A stretch of 64,000 nt of DNA from Amphiscolops sp. MND2022. Lineage: Eukaryota. A program made the position numbers and the translations under genes. Within the stretch, counting starts at the first letter, position 1, and each line of letters opens with the position of its first letter. Under the pieces are notes generated by a model, which was not told where the DNA came from, searched no databases, and was given only the letters and a program-made list of their open reading frames with translations. Location of the stretch: assembly GCA_964187785.1 (NCBI GenBank), contig OZ076409.1:3598001-3662000 (forward strand). The letters are read 5' to 3'. Positions 20,417-31,546 of the stretch are shown one piece after another.

Positions 20417-21010
20417 CTAACGACCTTGATTACGACGTCGCTGCGCAGAGCGGTTCCTGTTAATTCTTTTGTACAGCATCAATTGATGCAAGTTATTTGC
20501 ACCAAACACACGTTGAATGAAATGATGTTCGACTTCAAGATTGACATGAAAATAGTTCATTGCTAGCAAATCACGATAGTGTCTTGACAGTAATGTTCGT
20601 AATTTGATAAAGACGATATTTTCATTGAAGGGCTCCAAATGATCGTCCATATTGAACACCGCATCAGGCCTTGGAATGTAGCAAAAGGCAACAACATTCA
20701 ATCTTCCCAGCTGCTCTAGTTCAGCCCGAAACTGCACTGGGCTTAGGGGCTGCGTTGATTGTGTCGGATGATGCGAAATACTGTTGGATATAACATCGTG
20801 CCACAGTATATACTGTTCTGTTCTCCAATTTCTTTTCCTAATTACTTCATGCACATTTTTCAGACAATTCGAATTGACAAGGGACATTCCTGGTTCTGTG
20901 ACAATCTGATTTTCGAAAGGCCACAATTGGAAAGCGGGGTTATTGATGGCGTGGTGCAAACTGGAGGCCCCAATTACAGTTACTTGCATCTTCGATCTGT
21001 AAATGAGCAA
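20417..21010 (-). CDS. SGNH/GDSL hydrolase-like accessory protein (probable ATG at 20989)
   Basis: VTVIGASS resembles block I GDS, EPG block II, WHDVISNS block III, NYFH block V DxxH. Basic C-terminal tail. Homologous copies at 1-57, 3010-3481 and 21156-21326. Confidence 0.65.
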   Translation of the reverse strand: MLIYRSKMQVTVIGASSLHHAINNPAFQLWPFENQIVTEPGMSLVNSNCLKNVHEVIRKRNWRTEQYILWHDVISNSISHHPTQSTQPLSPVQFRAELEQLGRLNVVAFCYIPRPDAVFNMDDHLEPFNENIVFIKLRTLLSRHYRDLLAMNYFHVNLEVEHHFIQRVFGANNLHQLMLYKRINRNRSAQRRRNQGR

Positions 21011-21155
21011 TGATGATTATGGTGAATTTTGTGAAAGGGAAAACTAAACTTATCAATTGCCGACAAAGCACACTTGAAAAATTTGTCAAAACTGTAAATA
21101 ATAACCCCAATTTTAAAATTACTTTGAAAACGATATAACGAACTAAAGGGGAAGG

Positions 21156-21326
21156 TTAGTTTAACTTTTTCCGAACAACATGGTACACATTTTTGTATGA
21201 ATGTAAATTGTTTTGGGAGATCCCTGGCTCCGGTATGACACTGGTTCCATACAAAGTGCAATTAGAATTTGAACGTAGCATCGCATAGTGCAAGCTTGAT
21301 GCACCGATCACCACCACAGGCAACAT
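21156..21326 (-). pseudogene. Truncated second SGNH-like copy (56 aa)
   Basis: MLPVVVIGASSLHYAMLRSNSNCTLYGTSVIPEPGISQNNLHSYKNVYHVVRKKLN*, homologous to the N-terminus of 20417-21010. Confidence 0.7.
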
Positions 21327-21930
21327 GTTTGAAGTGAAAAGCGATCTGAAACGTTACACATCCACGGGAAGTGATTATATCACTGTTGCATATAATAAGA
21401 AAACGAAATGTAATGCATGTTATTCAACTTAACGCAATGTAAAAAAATCATTGTAATTAACTCACGGATTGGTGACAAAAAAAAATTGAACGTAAGTGTT
21501 TAATTTTAAGCTTTTGTAACGCCAAATAAGAAATTAGCATTAAGGGACAACTAAAAAAGCAACATTTTGTAAAATTATGTTTAGGAAGTTTCTTCACGTA
21601 ATGACGCTACGAAGTTTGTTTGCAGTGGAATCTTCATAAAGCAAAACAGGTTCACAAGATGCATCCACAGAGCACGTGATTCGGTAAAGAAACCGGGTTG
21701 ACGGACAACCACGATAGCAAGTATGGATCTCGGAAATTTTTTTGGGTTGACGAACAACCACAAGGTCAGCTGAGAAGATGATGAGTCGGAAGTTATTAGC
21801 TGTGACTAAGAGTATAACAATTGGGTTGAAGTACAACCACGTTTAATGAGTTGAAGTACAACTACATAGCCAAGGTAAAAAGGACCGCTGGGGTATTGAA
21901 TCACGAGCACGATTTCCACTAGCGTAAGAT

Positions 21931-24900
21931 TCACAGCTGCGGAATTAAAGAGTCACAGTTGAGACCTGACTCCACTCCATTAATTTTGTATAAATCCATT
22001 AAAACGTGACACTCAGAAAGGTAGTCAACGGCAGAAACTTCTGTTGATGCCAAATGACGCGCTTCCATTGACCGTTGCCAGTCAGCTTCAAACTGGGCGT
22101 GAGTCCGCCTAGATACATCAGAAAAGCCGTGAACAAAGGCAGCCAAAGCCCATGGGCGTCTCTCAATTGGTCGTGTAAAATGACTACCCGTCCCGGCGTT
22201 GTGTTGCGACAAACGTTTGCGGAGATTCATACAAGAGCCAATATAAAACAAGTTGCGGTGAGGAACGCTAACCAAAAGATAACAGAAACCAATGGAAGCA
22301 GATGGAACATCAAAATGTTTCAGGGGGAAGGGATGGAATTGTTGGCACTGGGCGATGCGACCAGAACCATGTGAGTACATCTGCAGGAGGGATTCGATGT
22401 ACCACAGAAGATGATTTTCTTTCCGGCAGAGCTCTTTTATTGCATTCAAAGTTTCGGTTCTGTTTCCAACGAAAGTGATGTGTGATAAATCAGTAACTCG
22501 ACTTACAACAACATAAAGTTGTTCTTTGGCCCACAGTAAAAATTTCTTTGCACCGACAATTTGCGTTGCCAAAGACGGAACAGTATCGCCCATTATTTTA
22601 TGATAGGTGGAAGCAACGTACATTTTAACAGGTAACTGAATTCTGCGACAAACCATTCCGCTGTTCAGTCTGTGGATGACACCAACTTGTTTCCTAAGGA
22701 GTACAGAACGCCAACGTTGTATGTTCATGTTTGAAAAGGATAACGACCTAACACCAACGGGTGCTATTCTGACAGTAATTGTGTGCGAGGACTCGTCGAA
22801 AGCCTGAACAACACAAAGCTGGCCTTGAAAGAGTTTCAAACTAGGAAGGTTACAAGTGAGTCGCAAAACACAAGACACATGAAGAAACAAAGATCGCGGT
22901 TCTGGGCAGTTGTGGTTTAGAAACCGTGCTACAGTTTCAGTAGCTTTCATCCAGTTCTGGGAACCACTGTTCGACATTTCGTCGTGACATTCAAAAACAG
23001 CAAACTGAATACTTGGGTCTCGTCGAACAAACTCTATCCGTTGCTCAATAGCTTCTTTCTCAGCGCTTCGAGTTGCAAACACGCGAAGGTCGTGCAAAGA
23101 AACGTCGGACCATTTAGGGACGAAATTACAGTAAGTGTTTACAATTTGAACGACTTGATCACATTTCTCGGGCGATATGGGATACTCCGATAAAAGATTC
23201 AATAAAAGTTTACCGTACAAATTCTGCATACGAACATACTCTTTTAAAAGATAAATTTCAAAAGTGGCCAGTACTGTGTTGCTCATGAGCAATAGCATAC
23301 CGCAGGGTGGAGGTAACTGACGGAAGTCCCCAGTGGATATAACCAATTTACCTCCGAATGGAACAGATGTGTCAGAAACTTGCTGCATGACGCAGTCCAT
23401 AGCAGACCAAAGTTCGGCAGAGACCATAGACACTTCTTCTACGAAAATAATGTCCAAAGCCTTCAAAACGAAAAACTTAACTGGGTCTCTCGCCAATCGA
23501 TTCAATGCATGTGACACCAAATGAGAAACACTGTTGATATCAGAAACAGGGAATGGAAATAGGGCGTTTATATGCCGTCCACCTAAAATGGCAGAACGCT
23601 CAGCTGCCAAACTGGTTATAATGCAAGAAAACCCTTTTGTCATAGCAGACACCACGCAATGAATCATGACATGACTTTTACCTGTTCCAGGTGGACCAAG
23701 TATAACCTGATGTTTTATGAAAGAAGTTGTAGAATTTCGGTATTGCTCCATTGAATCGCATATGGCGTCCAGAATGCTTTGTTGATGAACCAAAGACTCC
23801 GAATTTTGGTTTTGACCCGGGATTATTACAGGAGGCCATGAAAAGGGCGATTGCAAGGTGGCATTGAGTAAATCGGATGCTGAAGGAAGTCCGTGGATAC
23901 CTTGATTTACAACAGCTGTAACAATCCTTTCTTTAATTGAACGAAGCTCCTCGACCACGTCTTCGGATCGCTGTTCCACGACGCTCTCTTCGAGAACCCG
24001 GGGGACAGCACAGGTATACTGCAACAAATTATGCTGAGTGGCCCCAGAAAGATAATTGTGGGCAACACAAAGAAAACGATCCAACAATGACGACGAACCA
24101 GGATAAAAAATTAGCTGTTCCAAAAGAAAGCGACGTGTGATTTGCGAAACCTCTGAATTGTCACAACCTGATCTGCTTTGACACAGACCAGCAGTGTGGA
24201 ACGCTTGAATAATGGAGCTGTTAGCGAACAAATCTAACTCGGTGGTGTAAGATCCCAATGTCAGAAGAATATGGATGATAAAATTGGAGGAATCTCGTGG
24301 CAGGACGTTAGAAAAGACTACTTGACGACAAGTAGCGAACTTGTTTTCACAGAGAAAGTTATTTTGATGTTGACTTCGCAAGCAGGCTAAAGCTTCTAAA
24401 CAGTTGAGATTGAAGGAATTGTCCTTGGTGATGTAATTGGTGCAAAATGAGACAAAGGAATCGACGTAGTATGAATTTAGAAGAACAATGTAACCAAGAC
24501 CGTCTGTCCACAAAGATTCTTCCACTGTTGCCTTGATACAGGATTCAGGTGCCTGCTGTTTTTTTGGTTTGAAACGTAAAAACCACGTGAAGTATTGCTC
24601 AACAGATCTGACAAAACGTAATTCCGGGGGTCTAACACCAAAAATTGTCACTTTGTCAGGTGTCAAAGTGCTTTTTTGCGTGTCAATAATGAGAAATATT
24701 TGGTTGTTGGTAAATTGCCGATGAGAAGGAAGAGACAAATTGCGACGAATAGCGTTTTGTCTAGCATACAACCCAGCTTGGTTGTGGCGGGATAACCTAC
24801 GCTTCTCGAGAATGACACCGGAACGTTTCTCTTTAGGTGCAGTGACCACGTGCACAAAGGATATATTGGAAACGACGTAAGGGAAGCGGAGAGACCACCA

Positions 24901-27900
24901 CGCGGATTCAGTTAAGCTGATAACTCTACCTGTGAAAGTGTTTCTTTTACGTTTGCGACTGAATGCAGGACTGCTCAATTCAACACCCGCAATCTTTTGA
25001 TTAGTCATGGGGTCAATATCGAACGAAAATGTATTTTGTTGAGTTGAACTGCGAATGGAAACATGACTTCGTTCCTCGACTCCGGCCGCGTATTTGGCAA
25101 GATACCGAGCACTCATGTATGTATCGCAAATTTGAAGATTTGTGCTGGAGCGAACTAAAGCAAAAATGCGAGCGTTCGTGGGAGAATAATGCGAGTTCTG
25201 ATCAGTTGGATAATGATGCTTGCCACCACACAAAACAGGATCCAATACAGTTTTGCAAATATCGGCGTCAAATTTTGCAAGTCCAAGTCTTTCAAGAAGT
25301 GACAGGGTTTCTGGGGAAAGGTGCTTGTCTATTGGTTTGTAGGAGAAATCATTAGCTGGAGGATACTTAGGAACTCTACAAACTGACTCTGCAAGCTTCG
25401 TGGTTTTTTTATGACAGCGGAATTTGGCTTTTTTACAACTGTGAGATTGAAACTTTTGAAATAAATCAACCAAATGGTTCGTTTCTGTGGAAGACAGTTT
25501 GTTGTTTCCAACGGACGCAATCAAGGATCCTAAGAAAGTTGATGGTGAACAACAAACACGGGACCGGACAACGTTTGAGTTAACGTCTTCACCTGTCCAT
25601 ATCAGAGCATGAATATGCGGGAACGCACTTGTCTGATCTTGGAACTCATAACGGAACCAAAGTTTTGAAATCCGACCCAAAGGTTCTTCGGGGGACGTTT
25701 CGATGTATTTCATAACCAAAGCAGAGCTACGTTGCCAAGCCCGTAACATGACTATCATTTCGGCCTGAATTGCAGACATTCTGTTTTCTTTTGCGGAACC
25801 CGACGGGGGATATTTTTTGTCCAGAGCAGCAAAAATTTTCCGTAAGCCTGGATGAGTGGATTGACTGCAGGTGTACGTAAAAAAATAGGTTGCAGGCTGC
25901 TCACGAAGAGCAGCACTCAATTCATTAACATTTTTTCGAGAGTCACTCTGATCAAAAGATATTGAAGTGTCGCAAACTTTCTGAGACTGCTGATAATCTT
26001 TGGCAGCTGCACCCCATCCTCTGTTCAAAATCACTCGGCTGTCATGTTCTCTGAGTTGGAGGTTGAACAGGGTGTCGAATGCAAATTGAATGTAACGAGG
26101 ATCAGAAGATGTTAAAAGCGAAGAATCCATCAAACGAGTTTTTAAATGATTTTCCAAAGTGGCGTATCCCAAGTACTTGTTGCTTTGAGGGTTGTTAAAT
26201 AGGCTGGATGGTAAAGAGCCAGGATAACTTCCATCAGCGTTCTGTTTCCAAAAAATTGATGGAAACATCATTGCCTCAGGTTGGTATAATGGAACAGACA
26301 TGGGGGACGATGTAGCGGTAACGTTTTCTAACATTCGCTTAAATCTGGCAGCCACGTACAAAGGAGATCCCTGACGGCGTTTCAAAAGGCCACATTGACC
26401 ATTCAACAATATATGGAGCGGGAGTTTAAAATCATCATTCACATGTACATTGTCAGAAGTGACATTGGGGGCGACGCCCACGCGGGTGTGTGTAGGTATT
26501 GAAATAGAGGAAGCAGCCGAAGACTCGACAGTGAACATAGCATTTGTAACAAGATTAGCAGAACTTGAAGTGCTTGGGGCCTCTTCGAAAGATGAAGAAA
26601 CGTGGGAGTCAGCGCGATTGATGGATGTGGAGTCGTTGGAACCGTTATGAAAAACGGAAGCAATATTCGTTTGTTCGTTGTCATTGTCTTTATACCGTGT
26701 AGGCTCCACAATGTTGACCTCACAACACTGGGATGTGTGTTGTTTGCAAACACAAGCGGAGCATGCGGCGTGAGGACAACGAATAAAAGACGTACGACCA
26801 CAGCGACACGTGAAACCACTTTTCTGCAGGTCACGAGTTAAAGGAATGTGATGAATGTCACACAAAAATCTACCTTGACCAGCCATGGACGTCATAAAAT
26901 GTTTTTTTATATCGGCAGCTGACGTCTCACATGTTCGGTAGTAAACAGCCAACCGCCAGTAACCGTTAATGTACTGATCAACAGCTACATCAGGAGACAA
27001 GGGAACACGCTTCGGACTCCCGGAACTTTGATCGTAAAGCCAAAATTTATGAAAGGGATCTCCATGTCGAACGAGTGCTCTGTTGTTTTGACTACGGGAA
27101 TCAGAGAAAACATTTCGCAACTCAAAATGACCACCGTCAACAGCGGTAAGAGAGAGAGGCAGAGTATGTTTACTGCGCAATGAATTCATACCATTGTATG
27201 AAAAAATTACAATATCGATGCCTTCAAGGGTTCCATTGAAGCGACAAGCAATATCAGGACGGTTAGTGACAACGTGAAATTCAATACATGGAGAAGATTT
27301 GGAGATGTAGAGACCAACGTCGTCGTGAATGGAACCGGAAGAAACGTGCAATTGCTCTGGAATATGAAACTGTGGATTTGAAGCATTAGTCCATTTCGGG
27401 AAAATAACAGTATCAAGCATCCCCAAAATTTGAAGGACGGTTTCATCAGGGTTACTCACTGACGAAATTATGTCACACAAAGTCGGCGAAATCACAAAGA
27501 GTGATTGAAGCAACAGCAATTTTGAATTTTTGAAACAGACTAACTTTGGAGGATTTGCTCCATGGTAGTTAGGAGGATGCGCAAAAGTAATGTTTCTGAA
27601 TTTTCCCAAGATTGTGTCATTGTAGGAAGTAGAAAAAGTGCTCAACATTTTTCTTGTATCCACCAAGGAGACTGAGGTGGAAGACTCCAGCAACATGTCA
27701 GACTTAACCAGGTCACAATGAGTTTTAACCAAAATGGCTTGAGCAATGGAATGTTGTAATTCGCCGGAAGCGACTAATTGGTGCAATAAATACTTAACAT
27801 CCTGTCGATGGTACGCACATTGCGCTTCAGATTTCACCAACAAATCGGAAGTGATGTCCCATCGTCTTTTCGAGCTCAATTGAATGCTACTAATACCAGA

Positions 27901-30393
27901 ATAATTGCCTTGAGCTTTCAGCAGCTGGAATGTGTGACTAGAGTAATTAGCCTTCACATTTTGTATCAAATTCAGATTAGGCACGGCTAGAGCCAAGCGG
28001 TCAGGATACGGGACACTTAGACGATGCAATGTGGGATGACGTGGTGGATGTACAAATTGTAATTGAGATCCATTGTGATGATCAGGGCAGGTACCAACAA
28101 CTAACCCGATCGTAGGATGCAGAAACACGAACCCGGAAACAATGAAAGTGTCTAGAATTAGAAAAGGCTCAACCCAATCTTTGCGCCTACCGCGAAGAAA
28201 GCGCGTGTAATCTGCTTTGAAAGATACGAATTGAGGCAACACTTCATTAAGGAGATGTTGGAAGCTTATATGACCAGTTTGTTCAACAAATGTGAAACAT
28301 CCAAATGGACAACGGCAGTTGGGATAGGGTTCGTCGTCAAGCGCTTTCTCCAAGTCATCAGCAACTCCAGATGACGTGAGTGAAGTAAATAAATGTTTTC
28401 TGTAGGTTACATCTGACAGTACTGGTTCAACATATGAAACGCGTATAGCAGAATGGAAAAGTGACACGGCGGACCAACTGTATCGAATCTCCGCAGGTAT
28501 GTACGAGAACACTAATTTCACATCGTTCGCATCCAAAGAAGTGTCCGTGAGAATTGTAAACAAAACACAGGGCCAAGCGACACGCCATGTAGAACAGTTG
28601 GTTATATATTCGTAGCAACATTGACACACGAAAGCGTCATCGCGCAATCGACTTCCAAACTTACGCCTGTGTACTTGTACCACTTTAACAAAGTGCCATT
28701 TGAGAGGATAGAATACTGTTGAAACACGGGAACACTTGCCGCACATCGTTTGTGGAATTGTATGTTGTTCCTTACGAGTAAAGAAGTTTTCATGAGCTGG
28801 CAAAGGATGTTCTGGAGGTGACTTATGAGTTTGAACACAATCATCTCCATTGCTTGTAACATTGTTTGCTTCAGAATGCGAAGTCGCTGAAACGGTAACT
28901 GCATGTGTTGCTTTACAACCAGTAGAACCATATGAAAGCGTCTTGACATTACTGATGGTTTTGTTTTTGGTAGTGGTTGAATCGTAAACATTGGTAAAAC
29001 TTTGAAATGCGGAGTTAGGAACAAATGTAGAACAATCCAAAGCCAAAGACAATGCAGGTGGTTCCAAACGATTAGAATAGGTAGAAAGAAGCTCGTTCGA
29101 CATCGTTCCGGGGTCATCAGAATTGAAGCAGATGTTGTTGAGCCGATTTGATGTTGCGGGGACACACGATATTGAGGTATCACAGAAACCTGCCACAGTT
29201 TCAAAATGATTCAAACTGGGTGAAAGGTACAAAAATATAGGCACTACAGCATGGCGATCACGGTCTCCAGCGTAAGAGTAACAAAGCCAAACTCGTGTTA
29301 CTGAATGAAATACGTAGACATCAACATGAAAAAGTTGTGCAAAACTGTATATCTCAACGCAGGTTCCATAAGTACCATCAGTGTGCATTTTAGATATCCG
29401 CAGGTACTCAGAAGTAGTAGAACAATTACGGGTGACAACTCGATCACCTTCGGTAACCCAAACATCCAAAAACTGGGAATTGATGTCCATTGTAGAAATG
29501 AAGCCACAAAGCATCGTACGAAGATGAAGATGGCAAGAAGGACTTGCGCCAAGGGCAATTAACAGAGCAGAAAATAAGCAATTTCCATCACCAGAAACAC
29601 TGTGAGTAATGGGTACAAAGTTACCGATGGGTGAATTAAAAACAGGAGACGTGTCACATGCAGAACGTATGAACTGGTATCCAAACTGAAAACATTTTTG
29701 ACGCAATTGTTGCACAGTAAAATGCTGAACTGTGCGATGTTGACACGGCTGATAAAGAGCTGGAACATTGATATTGGTTTCGACCGAAGGTGAAAGGGAA
29801 ATAGGACTGTCGGATATAACTGCAGGTGTTAGCACCGAATCACTTTCAACTGTTTTAAATTGGCCCTGTGCACATGGTAATTCTGTTTCAAAGTTACTGT
29901 CTCGCTTGACAGATGGTGGGGTCTTTGAGGAAAGATAATTCTTGGTTGACGACCCAGTTGGCGGAGATGAAGATTTAACAACATCACAAACGTCTGGAAG
30001 TACATGCTTATCGAAATGGTTGTCATCAGATAATTTCAGTTTTTTGGGTACAGCAGACAATGAGACTTTACATTGGCAAACAACAGAGCCAGCAAATTTT
30101 CCACATAAATTACACCGTTCAATCCTGCCGCGTTTTCTAGGAGGACCAGGGTTACTCTCAATGCCACTTTTAAGTAGAAACATGCGAATAATCTGTCTTG
30201 TTACACAGTTGCTGTTCGAATAAAAAATACAGTTTTTTGGTTGCCAAGATGTTACCAAATTGTTCTTCGGTAAACATTTCCGAAAAGTGAAATGACACGA
30301 CAATTGTTTCTCCTGAAAGCATACTTCACATGACGCGGAAGTTGAAGAGGGACAGCAAAGCAAGGGGATGATATCGGTGATAAGTAACATCAT
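21931..30393 (-). CDS. Helitron-like RepHel protein, 2820 aa; paralogue of 4339-12774
   Basis: Same motif series: LLKSGIESNPGP, SGDGNCLFSAL, FPHIHALIW, YLAKY, GPPGTGKS, GDFRQLPP, FYIGSCMNLRKRLSQHN. Confidence 0.93.
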   Translation of the reverse strand: MMLLITDIIPLLCCPSSTSASCEVCFQEKQLSCHFTFRKCLPKNNLVTSWQPKNCIFYSNSNCVTRQIIRMFLLKSGIESNPGPPRKRGRIERCNLCGKFAGSVVCQCKVSLSAVPKKLKLSDDNHFDKHVLPDVCDVVKSSSPPTGSSTKNYLSSKTPPSVKRDSNFETELPCAQGQFKTVESDSVLTPAVISDSPISLSPSVETNINVPALYQPCQHRTVQHFTVQQLRQKCFQFGYQFIRSACDTSPVFNSPIGNFVPITHSVSGDGNCLFSALLIALGASPSCHLHLRTMLCGFISTMDINSQFLDVWVTEGDRVVTRNCSTTSEYLRISKMHTDGTYGTCVEIYSFAQLFHVDVYVFHSVTRVWLCYSYAGDRDRHAVVPIFLYLSPSLNHFETVAGFCDTSISCVPATSNRLNNICFNSDDPGTMSNELLSTYSNRLEPPALSLALDCSTFVPNSAFQSFTNVYDSTTTKNKTISNVKTLSYGSTGCKATHAVTVSATSHSEANNVTSNGDDCVQTHKSPPEHPLPAHENFFTRKEQHTIPQTMCGKCSRVSTVFYPLKWHFVKVVQVHRRKFGSRLRDDAFVCQCCYEYITNCSTWRVAWPCVLFTILTDTSLDANDVKLVFSYIPAEIRYSWSAVSLFHSAIRVSYVEPVLSDVTYRKHLFTSLTSSGVADDLEKALDDEPYPNCRCPFGCFTFVEQTGHISFQHLLNEVLPQFVSFKADYTRFLRGRRKDWVEPFLILDTFIVSGFVFLHPTIGLVVGTCPDHHNGSQLQFVHPPRHPTLHRLSVPYPDRLALAVPNLNLIQNVKANYSSHTFQLLKAQGNYSGISSIQLSSKRRWDITSDLLVKSEAQCAYHRQDVKYLLHQLVASGELQHSIAQAILVKTHCDLVKSDMLLESSTSVSLVDTRKMLSTFSTSYNDTILGKFRNITFAHPPNYHGANPPKLVCFKNSKLLLLQSLFVISPTLCDIISSVSNPDETVLQILGMLDTVIFPKWTNASNPQFHIPEQLHVSSGSIHDDVGLYISKSSPCIEFHVVTNRPDIACRFNGTLEGIDIVIFSYNGMNSLRSKHTLPLSLTAVDGGHFELRNVFSDSRSQNNRALVRHGDPFHKFWLYDQSSGSPKRVPLSPDVAVDQYINGYWRLAVYYRTCETSAADIKKHFMTSMAGQGRFLCDIHHIPLTRDLQKSGFTCRCGRTSFIRCPHAACSACVCKQHTSQCCEVNIVEPTRYKDNDNEQTNIASVFHNGSNDSTSINRADSHVSSSFEEAPSTSSSANLVTNAMFTVESSAASSISIPTHTRVGVAPNVTSDNVHVNDDFKLPLHILLNGQCGLLKRRQGSPLYVAARFKRMLENVTATSSPMSVPLYQPEAMMFPSIFWKQNADGSYPGSLPSSLFNNPQSNKYLGYATLENHLKTRLMDSSLLTSSDPRYIQFAFDTLFNLQLREHDSRVILNRGWGAAAKDYQQSQKVCDTSISFDQSDSRKNVNELSAALREQPATYFFTYTCSQSTHPGLRKIFAALDKKYPPSGSAKENRMSAIQAEMIVMLRAWQRSSALVMKYIETSPEEPLGRISKLWFRYEFQDQTSAFPHIHALIWTGEDVNSNVVRSRVCCSPSTFLGSLIASVGNNKLSSTETNHLVDLFQKFQSHSCKKAKFRCHKKTTKLAESVCRVPKYPPANDFSYKPIDKHLSPETLSLLERLGLAKFDADICKTVLDPVLCGGKHHYPTDQNSHYSPTNARIFALVRSSTNLQICDTYMSARYLAKYAAGVEERSHVSIRSSTQQNTFSFDIDPMTNQKIAGVELSSPAFSRKRKRNTFTGRVISLTESAWWSLRFPYVVSNISFVHVVTAPKEKRSGVILEKRRLSRHNQAGLYARQNAIRRNLSLPSHRQFTNNQIFLIIDTQKSTLTPDKVTIFGVRPPELRFVRSVEQYFTWFLRFKPKKQQAPESCIKATVEESLWTDGLGYIVLLNSYYVDSFVSFCTNYITKDNSFNLNCLEALACLRSQHQNNFLCENKFATCRQVVFSNVLPRDSSNFIIHILLTLGSYTTELDLFANSSIIQAFHTAGLCQSRSGCDNSEVSQITRRFLLEQLIFYPGSSSLLDRFLCVAHNYLSGATQHNLLQYTCAVPRVLEESVVEQRSEDVVEELRSIKERIVTAVVNQGIHGLPSASDLLNATLQSPFSWPPVIIPGQNQNSESLVHQQSILDAICDSMEQYRNSTTSFIKHQVILGPPGTGKSHVMIHCVVSAMTKGFSCIITSLAAERSAILGGRHINALFPFPVSDINSVSHLVSHALNRLARDPVKFFVLKALDIIFVEEVSMVSAELWSAMDCVMQQVSDTSVPFGGKLVISTGDFRQLPPPCGMLLLMSNTVLATFEIYLLKEYVRMQNLYGKLLLNLLSEYPISPEKCDQVVQIVNTYCNFVPKWSDVSLHDLRVFATRSAEKEAIEQRIEFVRRDPSIQFAVFECHDEMSNSGSQNWMKATETVARFLNHNCPEPRSLFLHVSCVLRLTCNLPSLKLFQGQLCVVQAFDESSHTITVRIAPVGVRSLSFSNMNIQRWRSVLLRKQVGVIHRLNSGMVCRRIQLPVKMYVASTYHKIMGDTVPSLATQIVGAKKFLLWAKEQLYVVVSRVTDLSHITFVGNRTETLNAIKELCRKENHLLWYIESLLQMYSHGSGRIAQCQQFHPFPLKHFDVPSASIGFCYLLVSVPHRNLFYIGSCMNLRKRLSQHNAGTGSHFTRPIERRPWALAAFVHGFSDVSRRTHAQFEADWQRSMEARHLASTEVSAVDYLSECHVLMDLYKINGVESGLNCDSLIPQL

Positions 30394-31546
30394 TATCTGG
30401 AAAACAACAAAAGTGTAGAAACATAACAGCAGAGTAGAGAATTGGTAACCATAGTCTAAAAGTTTTTCAAAGTAGCGCGTTGTTAAATGAAACTATTGTA
30501 TAACCGGACAAAGCGGGTGTTTCAACCGGAGTGTAATGAAAAAAAGGTTGCTTCAATGACTACAGTAATTTCAAAACAAGCCTAATATAACTTTTCATTA
30601 ACACGGAAACACTTAGAACATCAGTCATCGTATGGGTTGATGAACAACCACTGAAAATGACAGGGACAAACGACATTAAATATACCATCAAAACATTAAA
30701 GGCACTGTAGGTACGCGTTCCATAAAATTAAGCATAACCGTCATACATTCATGGGAATACCGGTCACAGTCGACATATGTTGATAATGTTATACGTATGT
30801 ATTTGTCTTGAAATACTCAATGGAAAGGTATAATAAGCGGGCGGAGGCGGTCAACATCAACTATTAAACCATTTTGACGCCGCTTACATGAAAAGTAACG
30901 GTATTTTTGAAATCTAAATAAACGAATACTTTGAGAACAGGCAAAAAACTGTATTTGAAAAAATTCGAAATTTTTAGAATTTTTGTAGAACTTTTGTAGA
31001 ACTTTTTTGTTTTTTATTTTTTATCCTGACCACGCGATGTCGAAAACACCTCGAATGTTCTGCTACCACTTGAGGAAACACCGTCTGTACAAAAGTTGGG
31101 AAGTTATGACGCGATGACCGGAAAATTCAAAATTTTCGGTTACTTCTTTCACTTCTATCTCTCAGCCTAGTAACACGAGCCTAATGATTTTTGGCATGCA
31201 TACACCTGACATCATTTATGCCTCGCATGCAAAGTTTCAGCCAATTGTACCCACATGCTGCAGATATCGCAGCGAAAAAATAACGAAAAAGGGTGAAAAA
31301 CCCGATCATTTGCTCATAACTTCCCGCCAAGTAATAGGATCATGTTTGACCAGCAGAACATCAGTCATACATCGGCAAAATATTAACACATGCAAAGTTT
31401 CATGAAGTTCTAACGGTTCAATTCCGAAATCGCCGTTTTTTGACAGGTGATCTAGTGGTATATAGTTTGACACGCAATACTTGAGCTCGGCGACGGGACC
31501 CTCCCCGGCCTCGCACTAAAATATGTGGGGAAATACCCCTGACCAC

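Larger units (their letters stand above)
16046..31546 (-). mobile_element. Complete autonomous-type Helitron-like element 2 (15.5 kb)
   Basis: Both ends fall on GACCAC|CCAG junctions. Contains RepHel, SGNH-like and 337-codon ORFs, all on the minus strand. Conserved terminal block at 30955-31546. Confidence 0.9.

Noticed and set aside
4588..30223. Short ORFs overlapping or antisense to the RepHel genes
   Set aside because: Shadow frames of long coding sequences with no independent motifs.
4339..30393. Endogenous RNA virus polyprotein suggested by 2A, OTU and helicase
   Set aside because: No RdRp or capsid motifs seen. HUH Rep plus PIF1 motifs and CTRR ends indicate a Helitron-like element.
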